From IMG/VR virus record IMGVR_UViG_3300042390_000952: a stretch of 33,580 bases of DNA. One strand, given 5' to 3'. This DNA is from a virus. The notes beneath the pieces were generated by a model. That model did no database searches and was not told the origin of the DNA. It worked only from the letters and a program-made list of their open reading frames with translations. How positions within the stretch are numbered: the first letter of the stretch is position 1; each line of letters starts with the position of its first letter. Position numbers and translations under genes: made by a program. Below, in pieces: positions 18,461 through 28,670 of the stretch.

Positions 18461-18876
18461 TTAATTTCGTATATGTAACCGAACAAGGTGTCGTAGCAGG
18501 AGTAGCCATAAATGAAGCTAGTATCAATGTATCTGAATATCTAATAGTAGAAAGACAAGATCTTCCTTTAGAGCCTATAGAAGCTTGGGTTGTAGAAGAT
18601 GGTCAAGTTAAGATTGATAAAGAAAAAGCTGTACAAATTAAAAGACAGCAAATGACAGCTTTAACTAAGCGTCAATTCAACCTAGTTATGTATGACAATG
18701 GATTGCTGACTCAAGTTAAAGAGTTGTTATCTCAAGATGAACGTACTCAAATCGAATTTGATAGTACAGACACAATTACTAGACTTCATCCTACAGTAAT
18801 TCAACTAGCTAAAGACTTGGGCTTAACAGAAGAAAAAGTAGATGTGCTTTGGACTGAAGCCTTAGCCATCAACTAA
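18457..18876 (+). CDS. Hypothetical protein, likely tail fibre-associated or chaperone
   Basis: Starts at ATGA overlapping the fibre stop; 139 aa. Confidence 0.55.
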   Translation: MINFVYVTEQGVVAGVAINEASINVSEYLIVERQDLPLEPIEAWVVEDGQVKIDKEKAVQIKRQQMTALTKRQFNLVMYDNGLLTQVKELLSQDERTQIEFDSTDTITRLHPTVIQLAKDLGLTEEKVDVLWTEALAIN

Positions 18877-18909
18877 ACAATAAAAATTAAAAACAACTAG
18901 AAGAAGAAA

Positions 18910-19215
18910 ATGATTAAAACAGGCGACATTTATTTGTCAGCTTTCTTATTTGGAATAGGATTCGTTATCTACCTTGCTAAATCTGTTGCAACTTCAGATC
19001 AAGATTCATGGAAAGTGATTGGGGCTAAAGCCATATTAAATGGTATGACTAGCTTAATGGCAGGATCAATCTTGATTTGGTGTTCAGTACCTACTATTGC
19101 AGTAGTAGGCGCAGCAGCAGTACTAGGAACACTAGGATCTGAACTCGTTATCAAATATTTAAAGCGTCAACTCAACAAGAACATTAAAGATTTAAAACCA
19201 AACAAAGAAGAATAA
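18910..19215 (+). CDS. Putative holin
   Basis: Small protein with hydrophobic helices and a charged C-terminus, directly upstream of the endolysin. Confidence 0.7.
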   Translation: MIKTGDIYLSAFLFGIGFVIYLAKSVATSDQDSWKVIGAKAILNGMTSLMAGSILIWCSVPTIAVVGAAAVLGTLGSELVIKYLKRQLNKNIKDLKPNKEE

Positions 19216-19217
19216 TA

Positions 19218-19604
19218 ATGGGATACAAGCTCGGTACTAAGAGCTTGTCTAAATTAGAAGGTGTTCATCCTGACCTGGTTAAAGTGGTCAAGAGAGCAAT
19301 TGAACTAACTGAATGTGATTTTACAATTACAGAAGGACTTCGATCTAAAGAAAGACAAGCTCAATTATTAAAAGAAAAAAAGACAACAACTAGCAATAGT
19401 AGACATCTTACAGGTCATGCAGTTGATCTTGCAGCCTGGGTTGAAGGTACTGTTTCCTGGGATTGGAAATACTATCATCAGATTGCAGATGCTATGAAAA
19501 AAGCTTCAAAAGAACTGAATATAGATACTGAATGGGGTGGTGATTGGAAAAAGTTTCCAGATGGACCACATTTTCAACTCACATGGTCTAATTACGGGCT
19601 ATAA
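19218..19604 (+). CDS. Endolysin, M15-type peptidase
   Basis: SRHLTGHAVDLAAWVEG...ADAMKKASKELNIDTEWGGDWKKFPDGPHFQLTW carries the HxxxxxxD and FxDxPHF(Q) motifs. Confidence 0.92.
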   Translation: MGYKLGTKSLSKLEGVHPDLVKVVKRAIELTECDFTITEGLRSKERQAQLLKEKKTTTSNSRHLTGHAVDLAAWVEGTVSWDWKYYHQIADAMKKASKELNIDTEWGGDWKKFPDGPHFQLTWSNYGL

Positions 19605-19722
19605 AACAAATATTTCCATATGAGTACATTTTGCGCTTTAGCTTAAGATAGTACCTTGAACTAATGATATAATAGTAATTTGTACTCTAATATATATTAA
19701 AAAGGATACTTCCAGGTCTGCT

Positions 19723-20121
19723 ATGCAAATTAAATTAATCCCATTACAAGCACATGGTGATGACCGTGGATCACTAATATCTTTAGAGCAAGATAAGAAC
19801 ATTCCTTTTCAAATCAAACGTGTATATTACATTTTCAACACAGAAGAAGGTGTAACACGTGGATTTCATGCACATAAACAACTAAAGCAGGTTGCTATTG
19901 CTGTAAAGGGATCTTGTCGTTTCCTTTTGGACGATGGAAAAGAAAAAGTATCTTTTTTACTAGATAATGCAGCTCAAGGGTTGTTAATTGAATCTTGTAT
20001 ATGGAGAGAGATGTCAGACTTCTCAGAAGATTGTGTTTTGATGGTTTTAGCAGATAGTTTTTATGATGAAAATGACTATATTCGTGATTATGATGAGTTT
20101 TTAAAGGTCGTTAATTCATGA
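19723..20121 (+). CDS. dTDP-sugar 3,4-ketoisomerase, FdtA/QdtA (WxcM-like) family
   Basis: IPLQAHGDDRGSLISLEQDKNIPFQIKRVYYIFNTEEGVTRGFHAHKQLKQ...SFYDENDYIRDYDEFL. Confidence 0.88.
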   Translation: MQIKLIPLQAHGDDRGSLISLEQDKNIPFQIKRVYYIFNTEEGVTRGFHAHKQLKQVAIAVKGSCRFLLDDGKEKVSFLLDNAAQGLLIESCIWREMSDFSEDCVLMVLADSFYDENDYIRDYDEFLKVVNS

Positions 20122-21290
20122 TAGTGTTAGCTGGGAAAAATAATATTGCTGTACATGCTTTAGAGCTTCTATGCGCACGTGGTTTAGATAAAGAGTTACT
20201 GATCATAAATAATAAGAATGATTATGGGAAAAATACATGGCAACAATCTCTAAAATTGAGAGCTGAGCAAAAAAATCTTAAGACTATAAACCTTAAAGAA
20301 GTAAAAAATTATAAAATAGATTTAATTTTATCATTAGAGTTCGATAAAATCATATCTACCGAAATTTTCGAAGGAATCCCTTCCTTTAACTTCCATTTCT
20401 CCGAACTACCAAAATATAAAGGAATGCACACATCAGTATGGCCTATTTTAAATAATGAACAATCATCAGCTGTAACTATTCATAAAATTGATAGGGGCAT
20501 TGATACTGGGGATATTTGTGCTCAAGAAAAATTTAAAATTCTGCCAACAGATAGATCTCATGATCTTTATAGAAAGTATATATCGACTAGTTGCAATTTA
20601 CTCACTAAACATTTGGATGATATTCTGAACAATAGTTTTCATTCAACTAAGCAACCTTATGAAAACTCAAGCTATTACTCTACAAATTTAATAGATTTCT
20701 CACAACTAACTATTGATTTAAATTGCACAGCTTGGCAATTAAAACGAAAAGTTTATGCTTTTAGTTTTAGAGAATATCAACTCCCTATTATACATAATGA
20801 AAAAGTTGTAGAAGTTGATATTCTTGATAGTAAAAGCACTCAAAGGCCAGGAACGCTAATATATAAAAGTGATAGTTACCTAATAATCAGCACAATTGAT
20901 TATGATGTAAAACTTTATATAGACAAATTAGATTCATCCTTATTTTCTTTTAAAGATATCAAGTACTCTGATGTAGCAACAGCACTCAAAGGTATCTCAG
21001 GCGTGCATGATAGAAATTCACGAGGATGGTCACCTATTATTATTGCTGCATATCATGGAAACATACAGGCCATTGAAAAACTTTTAGAGTTATCAGCAAA
21101 TATTAACGACCAAAATTATAATGGAACCAGTGTAATTATGTACGCAAAAGACTATTGTCTTAAAGCTAGAGACAATAGTCTTATAAAATACTTAATAGAC
21201 AATGGTGCAGATCCGTACCAAAAAGATTTTTCAAATAGAAATCTTTTTGACTACCTATCTAATGAACAATGTAAATTTTTAAGCGTATAA
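20118..21290 (+). CDS. Sugar N-formyltransferase with C-terminal ankyrin repeats (QdtF-like)
   Basis: [49 protein letters not shown] is a formyltransferase core; ankyrin-like C-terminus [29 protein letters not shown]. Confidence 0.85.
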   Translation: MIVLAGKNNIAVHALELLCARGLDKELLIINNKNDYGKNTWQQSLKLRAEQKNLKTINLKEVKNYKIDLILSLEFDKIISTEIFEGIPSFNFHFSELPKYKGMHTSVWPILNNEQSSAVTIHKIDRGIDTGDICAQEKFKILPTDRSHDLYRKYISTSCNLLTKHLDDILNNSFHSTKQPYENSSYYSTNLIDFSQLTIDLNCTAWQLKRKVYAFSFREYQLPIIHNEKVVEVDILDSKSTQRPGTLIYKSDSYLIISTIDYDVKLYIDKLDSSLFSFKDIKYSDVATALKGISGVHDRNSRGWSPIIIAAYHGNIQAIEKLLELSANINDQNYNGTSVIMYAKDYCLKARDNSLIKYLIDNGADPYQKDFSNRNLFDYLSNEQCKFLSV

Positions 21291-21297
21291 ATTAACT

Positions 21298-22413
21298 ATG
21301 ATTAACTTTCTAGATTTAAAAAAAATTAATTCGCAATATCGTGAAGAACTAATATCAGCTTGCACACGTGTAATTGATTCTGGTTGGTATATTAATGGTA
21401 ATGAATTAAACGAGTTTGAAAACAACTTTGCAAAATACTGTGGCACTAAACATGCTATTGGTGTTGCAAATGGCTTAGATGCTTTAATTTTAACTCTTCG
21501 TGCGTGGAAAGAACTAGGTAAAATCAATGATGGTGATGAAGTTATTGTTCCAGCAAATACATATATAGCAAGTATTCTTGCAATTTCAGCGAATAATTTA
21601 AAGCCTGTTTTAGTCGAACCTGATATTAATACTTACAATCTAAACCCTAAGCTAATTGAAGAAAAGATCACATCAAAAACTAAAGTCATTCTTGCAGTTC
21701 ATTTATATGGTCAATTGGCAGATATGCCGAATATCACTCAAATAGCTAGAAAGCATAACCTCTTAGTTTTAGAAGATTCAGCTCAAGCACATGGTGCTGA
21801 AGTTGAAGGAAAACGAGCAGGGGGTTGGGGTAATGCTTCAGGTTTTAGTTTCTATCCAGGTAAAAACTTAGGTGCTCTAGGTGATGGTGGTGCGATTACT
21901 ACAAATGATGATGAACTTGCAGAAGTTTTAAATGCTTTAAGAAATTATGGTTCACATGAAAAATATGTGAATAAATATAAAGGTGTAAATAGTCGCTTAG
22001 ATGAAATTCAAGCAGCATGCTTAAATGTTAAATTAAAACATCTCGATGACACAATTAATTCAAGACGTATGATTGCTCAAATATATCAAACAAACTTAGG
22101 AAATCTTGATAGCCTCACGTTACCTAAAATTGAAGATATTCCTAATAATTTAAGTCATGTTTGGCATCTATATGTAATTCGTACCGAGCAACGTGAAAAG
22201 CTACATAACTTCTTAAGTCAAAATGATATTCAAACATTAATTCATTATCCTATTCCTCCACATCAGCAACAAGCTTATGGTGAGTGGAATAATATTAAGT
22301 TCCCTATATCTGAAAAGATCCATAATGAAGTTTTAAGTTTGCCAATCTCACCATGTTTAACTGAAGATGAAGCACTTTTTGTTTGTGAAAAAATTACGAG
22401 TTTCTTTAAATAA
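21298..22413 (+). CDS. dTDP-sugar aminotransferase, DegT/DnrJ/EryC1 family (QdtB/FdtB-like)
   Basis: [18 protein letters not shown]; [14 protein letters not shown]; [13 protein letters not shown]; [18 protein letters not shown]. Confidence 0.92.
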   Translation: MINFLDLKKINSQYREELISACTRVIDSGWYINGNELNEFENNFAKYCGTKHAIGVANGLDALILTLRAWKELGKINDGDEVIVPANTYIASILAISANNLKPVLVEPDINTYNLNPKLIEEKITSKTKVILAVHLYGQLADMPNITQIARKHNLLVLEDSAQAHGAEVEGKRAGGWGNASGFSFYPGKNLGALGDGGAITTNDDELAEVLNALRNYGSHEKYVNKYKGVNSRLDEIQAACLNVKLKHLDDTINSRRMIAQIYQTNLGNLDSLTLPKIEDIPNNLSHVWHLYVIRTEQREKLHNFLSQNDIQTLIHYPIPPHQQQAYGEWNNIKFPISEKIHNEVLSLPISPCLTEDEALFVCEKITSFFK

Positions 22414-23366
22414 TGAATATTGAATATAAGCGTCCAGCTCCATCTGTCACTTTAGTACTAGTTTGCTATAACCAAGAAAAGTATATAAAAGAAGCTGTAT
22501 TATCTGCATTGCATCAAGATTACAGTCCTTTAAAAATAATCATTTCAGATGATTGTTCAAAAGATAATACCGTTTCCATCATTGAAGATATTTTAAAAAC
22601 ATATAATGGACCTCATGAAGTTTTTTTCAATAAAAACACTATAAATCAGGGGTTAATTAAGCATATTAATCTTGTAAATAGCTTGGTTGATACTGAACTT
22701 CTTGTAATTGCTGCTGGCGATGATATTTCCCATCAAAATCGTGTAACTGAAACAATAGAAGCATATAGACTTGCTGAACAGCAACCGACTTCCATTTATT
22801 CTTCTGTGAATAAAATGACACCCGATGGGAAACTACTTGATGTCTTTATTCCACCGATAGAACAATCAGGTCATGCTGTCTTAGATTGTGCATTAAGTGG
22901 AGCTTTAATTATTGGTGCATCTCATGCTTGGCATAAATCTTTATTCACAATATTTGGCGAGATACAAGAATTAGGTGCATATGAAGATCTTGTCTTAGCT
23001 TATCGTAGTGCTATTTTAAATGGCTTGCTTTATATAGATAAACCTCTAGTAGATTATAGAGTAGATATTGGTATATCTACTGCAACACAACGTTCTGACT
23101 TAAGTAAAACTCAAAAATTAAAAAAATCTCTGACAATTATGAAGTCAGTATTACTACAACGATTACTGGATTCAAATTTTATTAAAGATCCTGAACTAAA
23201 GGCACAAGCCATTCAAAAAATTAAAGTTAAATTATCAAAAATAGATCTTGAATATTCCTTTATACAGGGTGAAAAGATTTACCCTCTATTAATTCAAGCT
23301 ATAAAAACATCTACATTACCTTTGTTCTTTAAATATTTAAGTAAACGGTTACGAAATAAAATCTAA
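22413..23366 (+). CDS. Glycosyltransferase family 2
   Basis: SVTLVLVCYNQEKYIKEAVLSALHQDYSPLKIIISDDCSKDNT. Start overlaps the preceding stop. Confidence 0.9.
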   Translation: MNIEYKRPAPSVTLVLVCYNQEKYIKEAVLSALHQDYSPLKIIISDDCSKDNTVSIIEDILKTYNGPHEVFFNKNTINQGLIKHINLVNSLVDTELLVIAAGDDISHQNRVTETIEAYRLAEQQPTSIYSSVNKMTPDGKLLDVFIPPIEQSGHAVLDCALSGALIIGASHAWHKSLFTIFGEIQELGAYEDLVLAYRSAILNGLLYIDKPLVDYRVDIGISTATQRSDLSKTQKLKKSLTIMKSVLLQRLLDSNFIKDPELKAQAIQKIKVKLSKIDLEYSFIQGEKIYPLLIQAIKTSTLPLFFKYLSKRLRNKI

Positions 23367-23470
23367 TATAAAATTTAATATAACTCTATAACTGAAAGGA
23401 ATTATATAAGCTATAGAGTTATATATAGAAATTAATTAAAAAAACTAGCTACATTTTTTTAGCTTTGATA

Positions 23471-23583
23471 GGCTTTGTTGCATAAATATGTAAGCATCTG
23501 ATTTAAATAAATTTAATTTTAGATCAAAAAATAATCAAAACTTTTAAAATCATATAGTTATGAAATCTTTGTGCAACAAAGCC
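23471..23583. mobile_element. 113-bp MITE-like or IS-remnant element
   Basis: 16-bp terminal inverted repeats GGCTTTGTTGCATAAA/TTTGTGCAACAAAGCC (15/16 match), no ORF inside. Confidence 0.7.
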
Positions 23584-23746
23584 TTCTATGTGCTAAAAAT
23601 TCATAACTTCCATCAGTTGAAAAATCATCTATTAATAAAACTTCTACATCTTTAAATGTTGATTCTTGAAGACAACTTACTAACTTCTCTAAATATTGAA
23701 GACCATTATAAATAGGTACAACAATTGAAATTTTCACCACTGACAT
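23584..23746 (-). pseudogene. Glycosyltransferase family 2 N-terminal fragment truncated by the adjacent element
   Basis: MSVVKISIVVPIYNGLQYLEKLVSCLQESTFKDVEVLLIDDFSTDGSYEFLA...; the reading frame runs into the element's inverted repeat. Confidence 0.8.
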
Positions 23747-23998
23747 TTACCAAATATTTTCTTTAATAAAACGAAATGTATCATATTTAAATTTTTACAC
23801 ATACCTTAAAAGAACAGCCGTAAATATCAAATCACATGCAGAAAGTAGCCGTTTCCGCTTCTTTGCGACTTCACATGACGGAACAGGACCATACACCTAA
23901 ATCAGATAAAAATAGGGATATGACTAAGCACTATAAGAGCAAAGAAGCGGGCGATTTTTTTGAGGGGTATAGGCACTGACTTAGTACCTATACAGATT

Positions 23999-24244
23999 CT
24001 ATTTTATATTCAGTTTAAAATTAGGGTGCTGACCTGAAGCCATTAAAAAGACAGTCCATGTTTGTTTATTTGGTTGTCTTTCTCCTGCTTCATACTTTCG
24101 CCATAATGCACCATCTGAAAGCCCTGCAAGCTTGGCACACTGAGCAGCAGATAACCCCAGATCCATTCTAAGATCTTTTATATGATCTGCTTCAGGAGCT
24201 TCAATTAAAAAGTTTTCAAAGGTCATATTTTCAAATTTGCTCAT
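23999..24244 (-). CDS. Small HTH (XRE-like) protein
   Basis: LRMDLGLSAAQCAKLAGLSDGALWRKYEAGERQPNKQTWTVFL. Confidence 0.75.
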   Translation of the reverse strand: MSKFENMTFENFLIEAPEADHIKDLRMDLGLSAAQCAKLAGLSDGALWRKYEAGERQPNKQTWTVFLMASGQHPNFKLNIK

Positions 24245-24282
24245 TAAAAAAGCTCCATGTTTCAGGAGCTTGATATTATCAT

Positions 24283-24600
24283 TTAATTCAATTTTAAGGT
24301 ACGTTGTCCTTTTAGCTTAATCGTTTTTTCAAGTTCATTTAAAGCTCTAATGACAGAGTGATAACCAAGTACACCGTTTGCAGATCTCAGAATAAAACCC
24401 GATTTGTGCATCATCCAAACATGATACGGCTTTTCATATTTGCCTTTCGTATCTTTAGAAATTATATAAACTTCTCCTGACTCAACTTTTACAATTTGAA
24501 CAATTTTATCTATATCAACCTTTGCCATAACAGGAACAGCAGCAGGAAGGCGAACAGCTAAACGGCTAAGAGCTTCAGTTTTAAATACTTGTGCATTCAT
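24283..24600 (-). CDS. Hypothetical protein
   Basis: 105-aa ORF in a run of co-oriented small genes. Confidence 0.6.
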   Translation of the reverse strand: MNAQVFKTEALSRLAVRLPAAVPVMAKVDIDKIVQIVKVESGEVYIISKDTKGKYEKPYHVWMMHKSGFILRSANGVLGYHSVIRALNELEKTIKLKGQRTLKLN

Positions 24601-24787
24601 CTTTTAAGCTCCTATAACAATAAAAGTTATAGCCTGATTCTTGCTAGAGACTTTTGCACAGTTAAAACAGCCTGCGAAATATTGAAATTTCAAACTAACA
24701 ACAGATCGGCAAAATTTACACAAGCTCACTGTAGGTAGTTTCGATGTGCATGGAGATAAAGAAATAATATTCATGTCTATAACTCCT

Positions 24788-25042
24788 TTAAACTCGAACA
24801 GATTTAAAGTGTCGAACTAGGTCGCCTTTAACCGTAGTCAAAAAAGAATCTGAACGTCTTAGGCATACCTCGATAAGCTCATAAGATGCTTTATTGACTC
24901 TATAGAAGCGGTCTAAATGGTTTGGGTAGTAACCTGAAATTTTCACAAAATAACAGGTTTTACCATTACGGACAGTCTTTAAAAGCTCAGCATGTTTTTG
25001 TTGTTTAGCTACATAAGCCAAAGATGAAATATTATTTTTCAT
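24788..25042 (-). CDS. Hypothetical protein
   Basis: 84-aa ORF just downstream of the ArdA-like gene. Confidence 0.55.
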   Translation of the reverse strand: MKNNISSLAYVAKQQKHAELLKTVRNGKTCYFVKISGYYPNHLDRFYRVNKASYELIEVCLRRSDSFLTTVKGDLVRHFKSVRV

Positions 25043-25056
25043 GTCTATAGCTCCCT

Positions 25057-25566
25057 TCAGTGGTTGCTATAGATGAAGTTGCCAACAGTTACAAAGTCAT
25101 TGATCTTTGCATCTTTTCCGTACTGTTCAAAATTCACGTAGCCTTGTAAAGCTTCAGGGATCTCAATGCAGCTTACATCGTGCATAAGGTAGTGACCGAA
25201 GTCATAATCTGACATATCTTCACAGAATTGGTTTTCATCGTGCCATTCTTGAGCGTTTGCTAGATCAGAAACGTATCCTTCTTCCTTGAGTTTTTTGAAT
25301 AGGTCTAGATCTTCTTGGAAGTGACCTTCCATGATTAGCTCAATAGCAGATTCAAGATCCTTGAAGTTATCTACATCCATGTAGGTGTCTTCTCGCAAGC
25401 CTTCAACTTGCCAAAACTCGATTTCTGTATCGCCAATGATGTCACGAAGGTCATCCATATCATCAAAGAAAATATTAAGACCGAATTGGAAAGTGAATGA
25501 AAAAGCTTCTAAACGGAAGTTTTTAGTTGAATCAGAAGCTTTATTTGAAAAGTCGATAGCGTTCAT
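25057..25566 (-). CDS. ardA: Antirestriction protein, ArdA-like
   Basis: Very acidic 169-aa protein; C-terminus PEALQGYVNFEQYGKDAKINDFVTVGNFIYSNH resembles ArdA family ends. Confidence 0.7.
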   Translation of the reverse strand: MNAIDFSNKASDSTKNFRLEAFSFTFQFGLNIFFDDMDDLRDIIGDTEIEFWQVEGLREDTYMDVDNFKDLESAIELIMEGHFQEDLDLFKKLKEEGYVSDLANAQEWHDENQFCEDMSDYDFGHYLMHDVSCIEIPEALQGYVNFEQYGKDAKINDFVTVGNFIYSNH

Positions 25567-25936
25567 TTTTTAAGTCCTGGACTTTGGTTTTCTGCAAGTC
25601 CTAGCAGTCGGTACAAGGTGTACCTCTAAGGCTTTTTATATCTCTTCACCTTATGCTTTTAATTATACGGTACTAAGTACCTATTATCAACTATAAACTA
25701 ATGTTTTTTATATGATTTATAATTATTAATAGCTCTATTATTACAACTATATTTTATAAAAGATAAGCTTGTTTTTGCTTCTAACTTTCATCATTCTTGG
25801 AGCTGTGGCAATCCATTAAACAAACGCTTTTTAGCGGAGCGAAGCGACATCCTTATTAAAGGAATATGTAGAAGGTATTTGAATCTACCTTCATCAAACT
25901 TTATCGCTGCGACAACCATTGAACTTAAAAATTTTT

Positions 25937-25974
25937 AAGCTAGGGGGCAATGTCACACCCCCTTGTGGGGTTTA
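25937..25974 (+). other. Hairpin-forming region upstream of the ArdA-like operon
   Basis: caatgtcacacccccttgtggggtttacattg: outer CAATGT/ACATTG and inner CCCC/GGGG arms. Coordinates approximate. Confidence 0.5.
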
Positions 25975-26093
25975 CATTGGTCACGCTTAAAATAAAGTTC
26001 AATGACCTTGGTTGTTGTAGCATAAGTGAAGGTAGACTCATTATTAGTACATAGACCAATGCTTTTGCTTTTGCGTTAGGGATGTTGGCTCTG

Positions 26094-26160
26094 CTCAAGA
26101 TAATGAGTGAAACGAAATTAGCTTGATCCGAAGGACAACTAGCCCGACCTGAAAGGGAAC
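26094..26160 (+). repeat. Structured element copy 2 (see 3964-4026)
   Basis: ttggctctgctcaagataatgagtgaaacgaaattagcttgatccgaaggacaactagcccgacctgaaagggaac. Confidence 0.65.
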
Positions 26161-26341
26161 GCCTATATTTACAAAACTTTACAATAGCAATTAAATACGA
26201 TTAAAAAGCAGTTAAATTGATTGGCAAAAAGTATCATAAAACCTTGTCAAGATAGATTAAAAACGTGGAACATAAAAAAACCTAGAACTACAATAGAACT
26301 AGGATTTATAAGTATATGATTATAAAATATAAAATAGTTAC

Positions 26342-26369
26342 ATTTCGTATAATATGTATTATGTTAAGT
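26342..26369 (+). promoter_or_regulatory. pdif-like XerC/XerD recombination site
   Basis: ATTTCGTATAA-TATGTA-TTATGTTAAGT: 11+6+11 architecture matching dif/pdif arms of Acinetobacter plasmids. Confidence 0.8.
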
Positions 26370-26391
26370 TTTTACATAACTTTACAATGGG

Positions 26392-27087
26392 TTACTTTTT
26401 CTTGTCTTCCTTAACTTTCTTATAAGCTTTGTATAGAGCTAGTCCTCCTGTACTTAATAATGCACCTACTGGACCACCCAACGTAAAATCTGAAGACCCA
26501 TTAGATCCTAGAGTTAAAGCTTCTCTCTTACTAATAGTTACAGATTTATTCTTACTATCGAATTTAATATGATAACTTTTTAAGTCCACCATTTCTTTAA
26601 TTTGATCTTTGGTTAAACGAATTCTACTTAATATAGAGATTTTAGCTTTAATATCCTGTGACAAGAAGAAATTAAATGATTCCCCTGTAATAAGGTTATG
26701 TTTTTTATCCTTGCTAAATTCAATTTCTTTATATTCAGGTTGAGAAACGATTTTTAATATTTCTGAACTTGGAATAATATTTACTTTAATATTATCTGCA
26801 ACAATACATGAATCTTTATTTTGAAGCTCAAATAATATCTCATCAATTAAACTAAAATAATCTGAGAACTTAATACCTACCATCGTACATAACATATATA
26901 TAAAGTCGGTATTAATAGATGTTTCCCCTCTCTCCATACTTCCATACGTTACATGGGTCATATCAAAGATCTTAGCGATCTCTCTTTGGTTTACGCCCAT
27001 TTGAGTTCTGATATTAGATAAGAGAAAGCCTGATATAGCACTTAAAGATGTTTCAAATACAAAAGTATCGTTGTCTGAAGTTGTCAT
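26392..27087 (-). CDS. HTH (XRE family) transcriptional regulator
   Basis: IRTQMGVNQREIAKIFDMTHVTYGSMERGETSINTDFIYMLCTMVGI. Confidence 0.8.
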   Translation of the reverse strand: MTTSDNDTFVFETSLSAISGFLLSNIRTQMGVNQREIAKIFDMTHVTYGSMERGETSINTDFIYMLCTMVGIKFSDYFSLIDEILFELQNKDSCIVADNIKVNIIPSSEILKIVSQPEYKEIEFSKDKKHNLITGESFNFFLSQDIKAKISILSRIRLTKDQIKEMVDLKSYHIKFDSKNKSVTISKREALTLGSNGSSDFTLGGPVGALLSTGGLALYKAYKKVKEDKKK

Positions 27088-27245
27088 TGATAGTCCTCTT
27101 TATATACGACCACTGTATCATAAAAACATACCAACATAAAAAATATTTTAATTATTGGTAAGAAATTCCTTCCAATATTAAAAAATTTTATATATGATGC
27201 ATCCCATGAAGTCGCAAACGACAAACTAACTTAAAGGAATGCAAC

Positions 27246-28625
27246 ATGACAACTCAACTTATCAATGAAGCAACTTATAACTACTTAAAAGGTTCGAACG
27301 TAGAAGATCGTACTTCTAAACAGCAAGACGATATTGATGCTTATGAAGCAGCTCATAACATTGGTGAAGAAGATGCTTTAGAAGCTCCTGTAGTCGCTCA
27401 GAATGAAGAAGAACTAACTCAGTTGAATGATGATATGCCTGTAGGTGAAGAAGGCTCAGATGACGAATTAGTGCAATCTGAAGAGTCAACTAAAACTGCT
27501 GAAGAAGTAGCTTTAGAAAAAGTTTCAATGATCGAAGCAAATGAAAAAACTACTGAAGTATTGGAAAGTTTTAATACTCAATTTGCTCGTTTTAGTCCAC
27601 GTTTAGTAGATGAGGACTTGCAGAACTTAGTTGCCATCTCACAGTTAGCAAATGGGTTTAGCAAGCTCAATCCACATCATCTTGTTTTGACTTGTTCTGA
27701 TATTGCAACGGCTGAAAAGCTTGTGAAGATCCGTTCATACCTGGATTTTGATTATGTTATTTCAGATCGTGAAGACTCTTATGCCATTCAAGGTGAATTG
27801 GTTAAAGCTCCCTACGGTACACATGGTATTTATCTTGATACAGCAATTAAATCAGCCAATACCTTTAAGCATCATCCTGAAGCCAAAGAAATCAAATACG
27901 GTTCAAAATTCATTGCTTGTGTAGGTGCTAAACCTTATGACCACAATAACAATGATGTGGTTGTAGCCTATATTCAAGATGCAGTTCAATTTGCTGAAGG
28001 ATCTGCACCTGAAGACATTCTGACTATTAACGATAAGACTGATATTAATATCATGATGCACAAGATCGCTCGTCAACAATGGCGTGATGACTTAGGCGAA
28101 CAGATCAAAAAGTATATTAAGAGTGATGAGTTAGCAGACATCACTAAGCAGTTACGCCCTGCAACAGCAAAGACCTGGAAGCCATTCCTTGTGATTGCCA
28201 AGATGATCTCAGATGAAATGTTTAAGAGCATGTATCAGCTCATGACTAAATATGCAGCTATGGTTTCATTGGATCAGAAATATAGTGTCTATGCTGCGGT
28301 TCAATTGGCTTTACCTGAATACGAAGCTTATGTATCCAAGTTTGGGTTTTCTAAAGTGGTGTCAGTTAAGACAATTGAAGGATGGGTTAAATATTTTGGT
28401 GAAACGGTTGCACCTAAAAAAGTAAGTGAAGCGTTGACAGTTGCTAACGTGATTGGAGCGACAAGCAATAAGTTCTGCTTAGGGATCAATACTTCAGGCT
28501 TTGACCTGGATGCTTTAAAACGCTTTGTAGATTCACAACTTGATATGACTGATAAACGTATTGCTAAATTAGTCGAGAAGATGACTCAAGCTCCAACAAA
28601 AGTTGCTGAAGCTCAAGCAGCATAA
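27246..28625 (+). CDS. Hypothetical protein with acidic N-terminus
   Basis: Intact 459-aa ORF, no family recognised; no in-frame CGG. Confidence 0.75.
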   Translation: MTTQLINEATYNYLKGSNVEDRTSKQQDDIDAYEAAHNIGEEDALEAPVVAQNEEELTQLNDDMPVGEEGSDDELVQSEESTKTAEEVALEKVSMIEANEKTTEVLESFNTQFARFSPRLVDEDLQNLVAISQLANGFSKLNPHHLVLTCSDIATAEKLVKIRSYLDFDYVISDREDSYAIQGELVKAPYGTHGIYLDTAIKSANTFKHHPEAKEIKYGSKFIACVGAKPYDHNNNDVVVAYIQDAVQFAEGSAPEDILTINDKTDINIMMHKIARQQWRDDLGEQIKKYIKSDELADITKQLRPATAKTWKPFLVIAKMISDEMFKSMYQLMTKYAAMVSLDQKYSVYAAVQLALPEYEAYVSKFGFSKVVSVKTIEGWVKYFGETVAPKKVSEALTVANVIGATSNKFCLGINTSGFDLDALKRFVDSQLDMTDKRIAKLVEKMTQAPTKVAEAQAA

Positions 28626-28637
28626 TAGGACCATTTC

Positions 28638-28670
28638 AGCCTTAGAGACTAACCATCTCTAGGGCTTTTC
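28638..28670. terminator. Intrinsic terminator
   Basis: AGCCTTAGAGA ctaacca TCTCTAGGGCT followed by TTTTC; 11-bp stem with one GU pair, between convergent genes. Confidence 0.7.

Noticed and set aside
25385-25573. Plus-strand ORF within the ArdA-like gene
   Set aside because: Antisense to a better supported gene.
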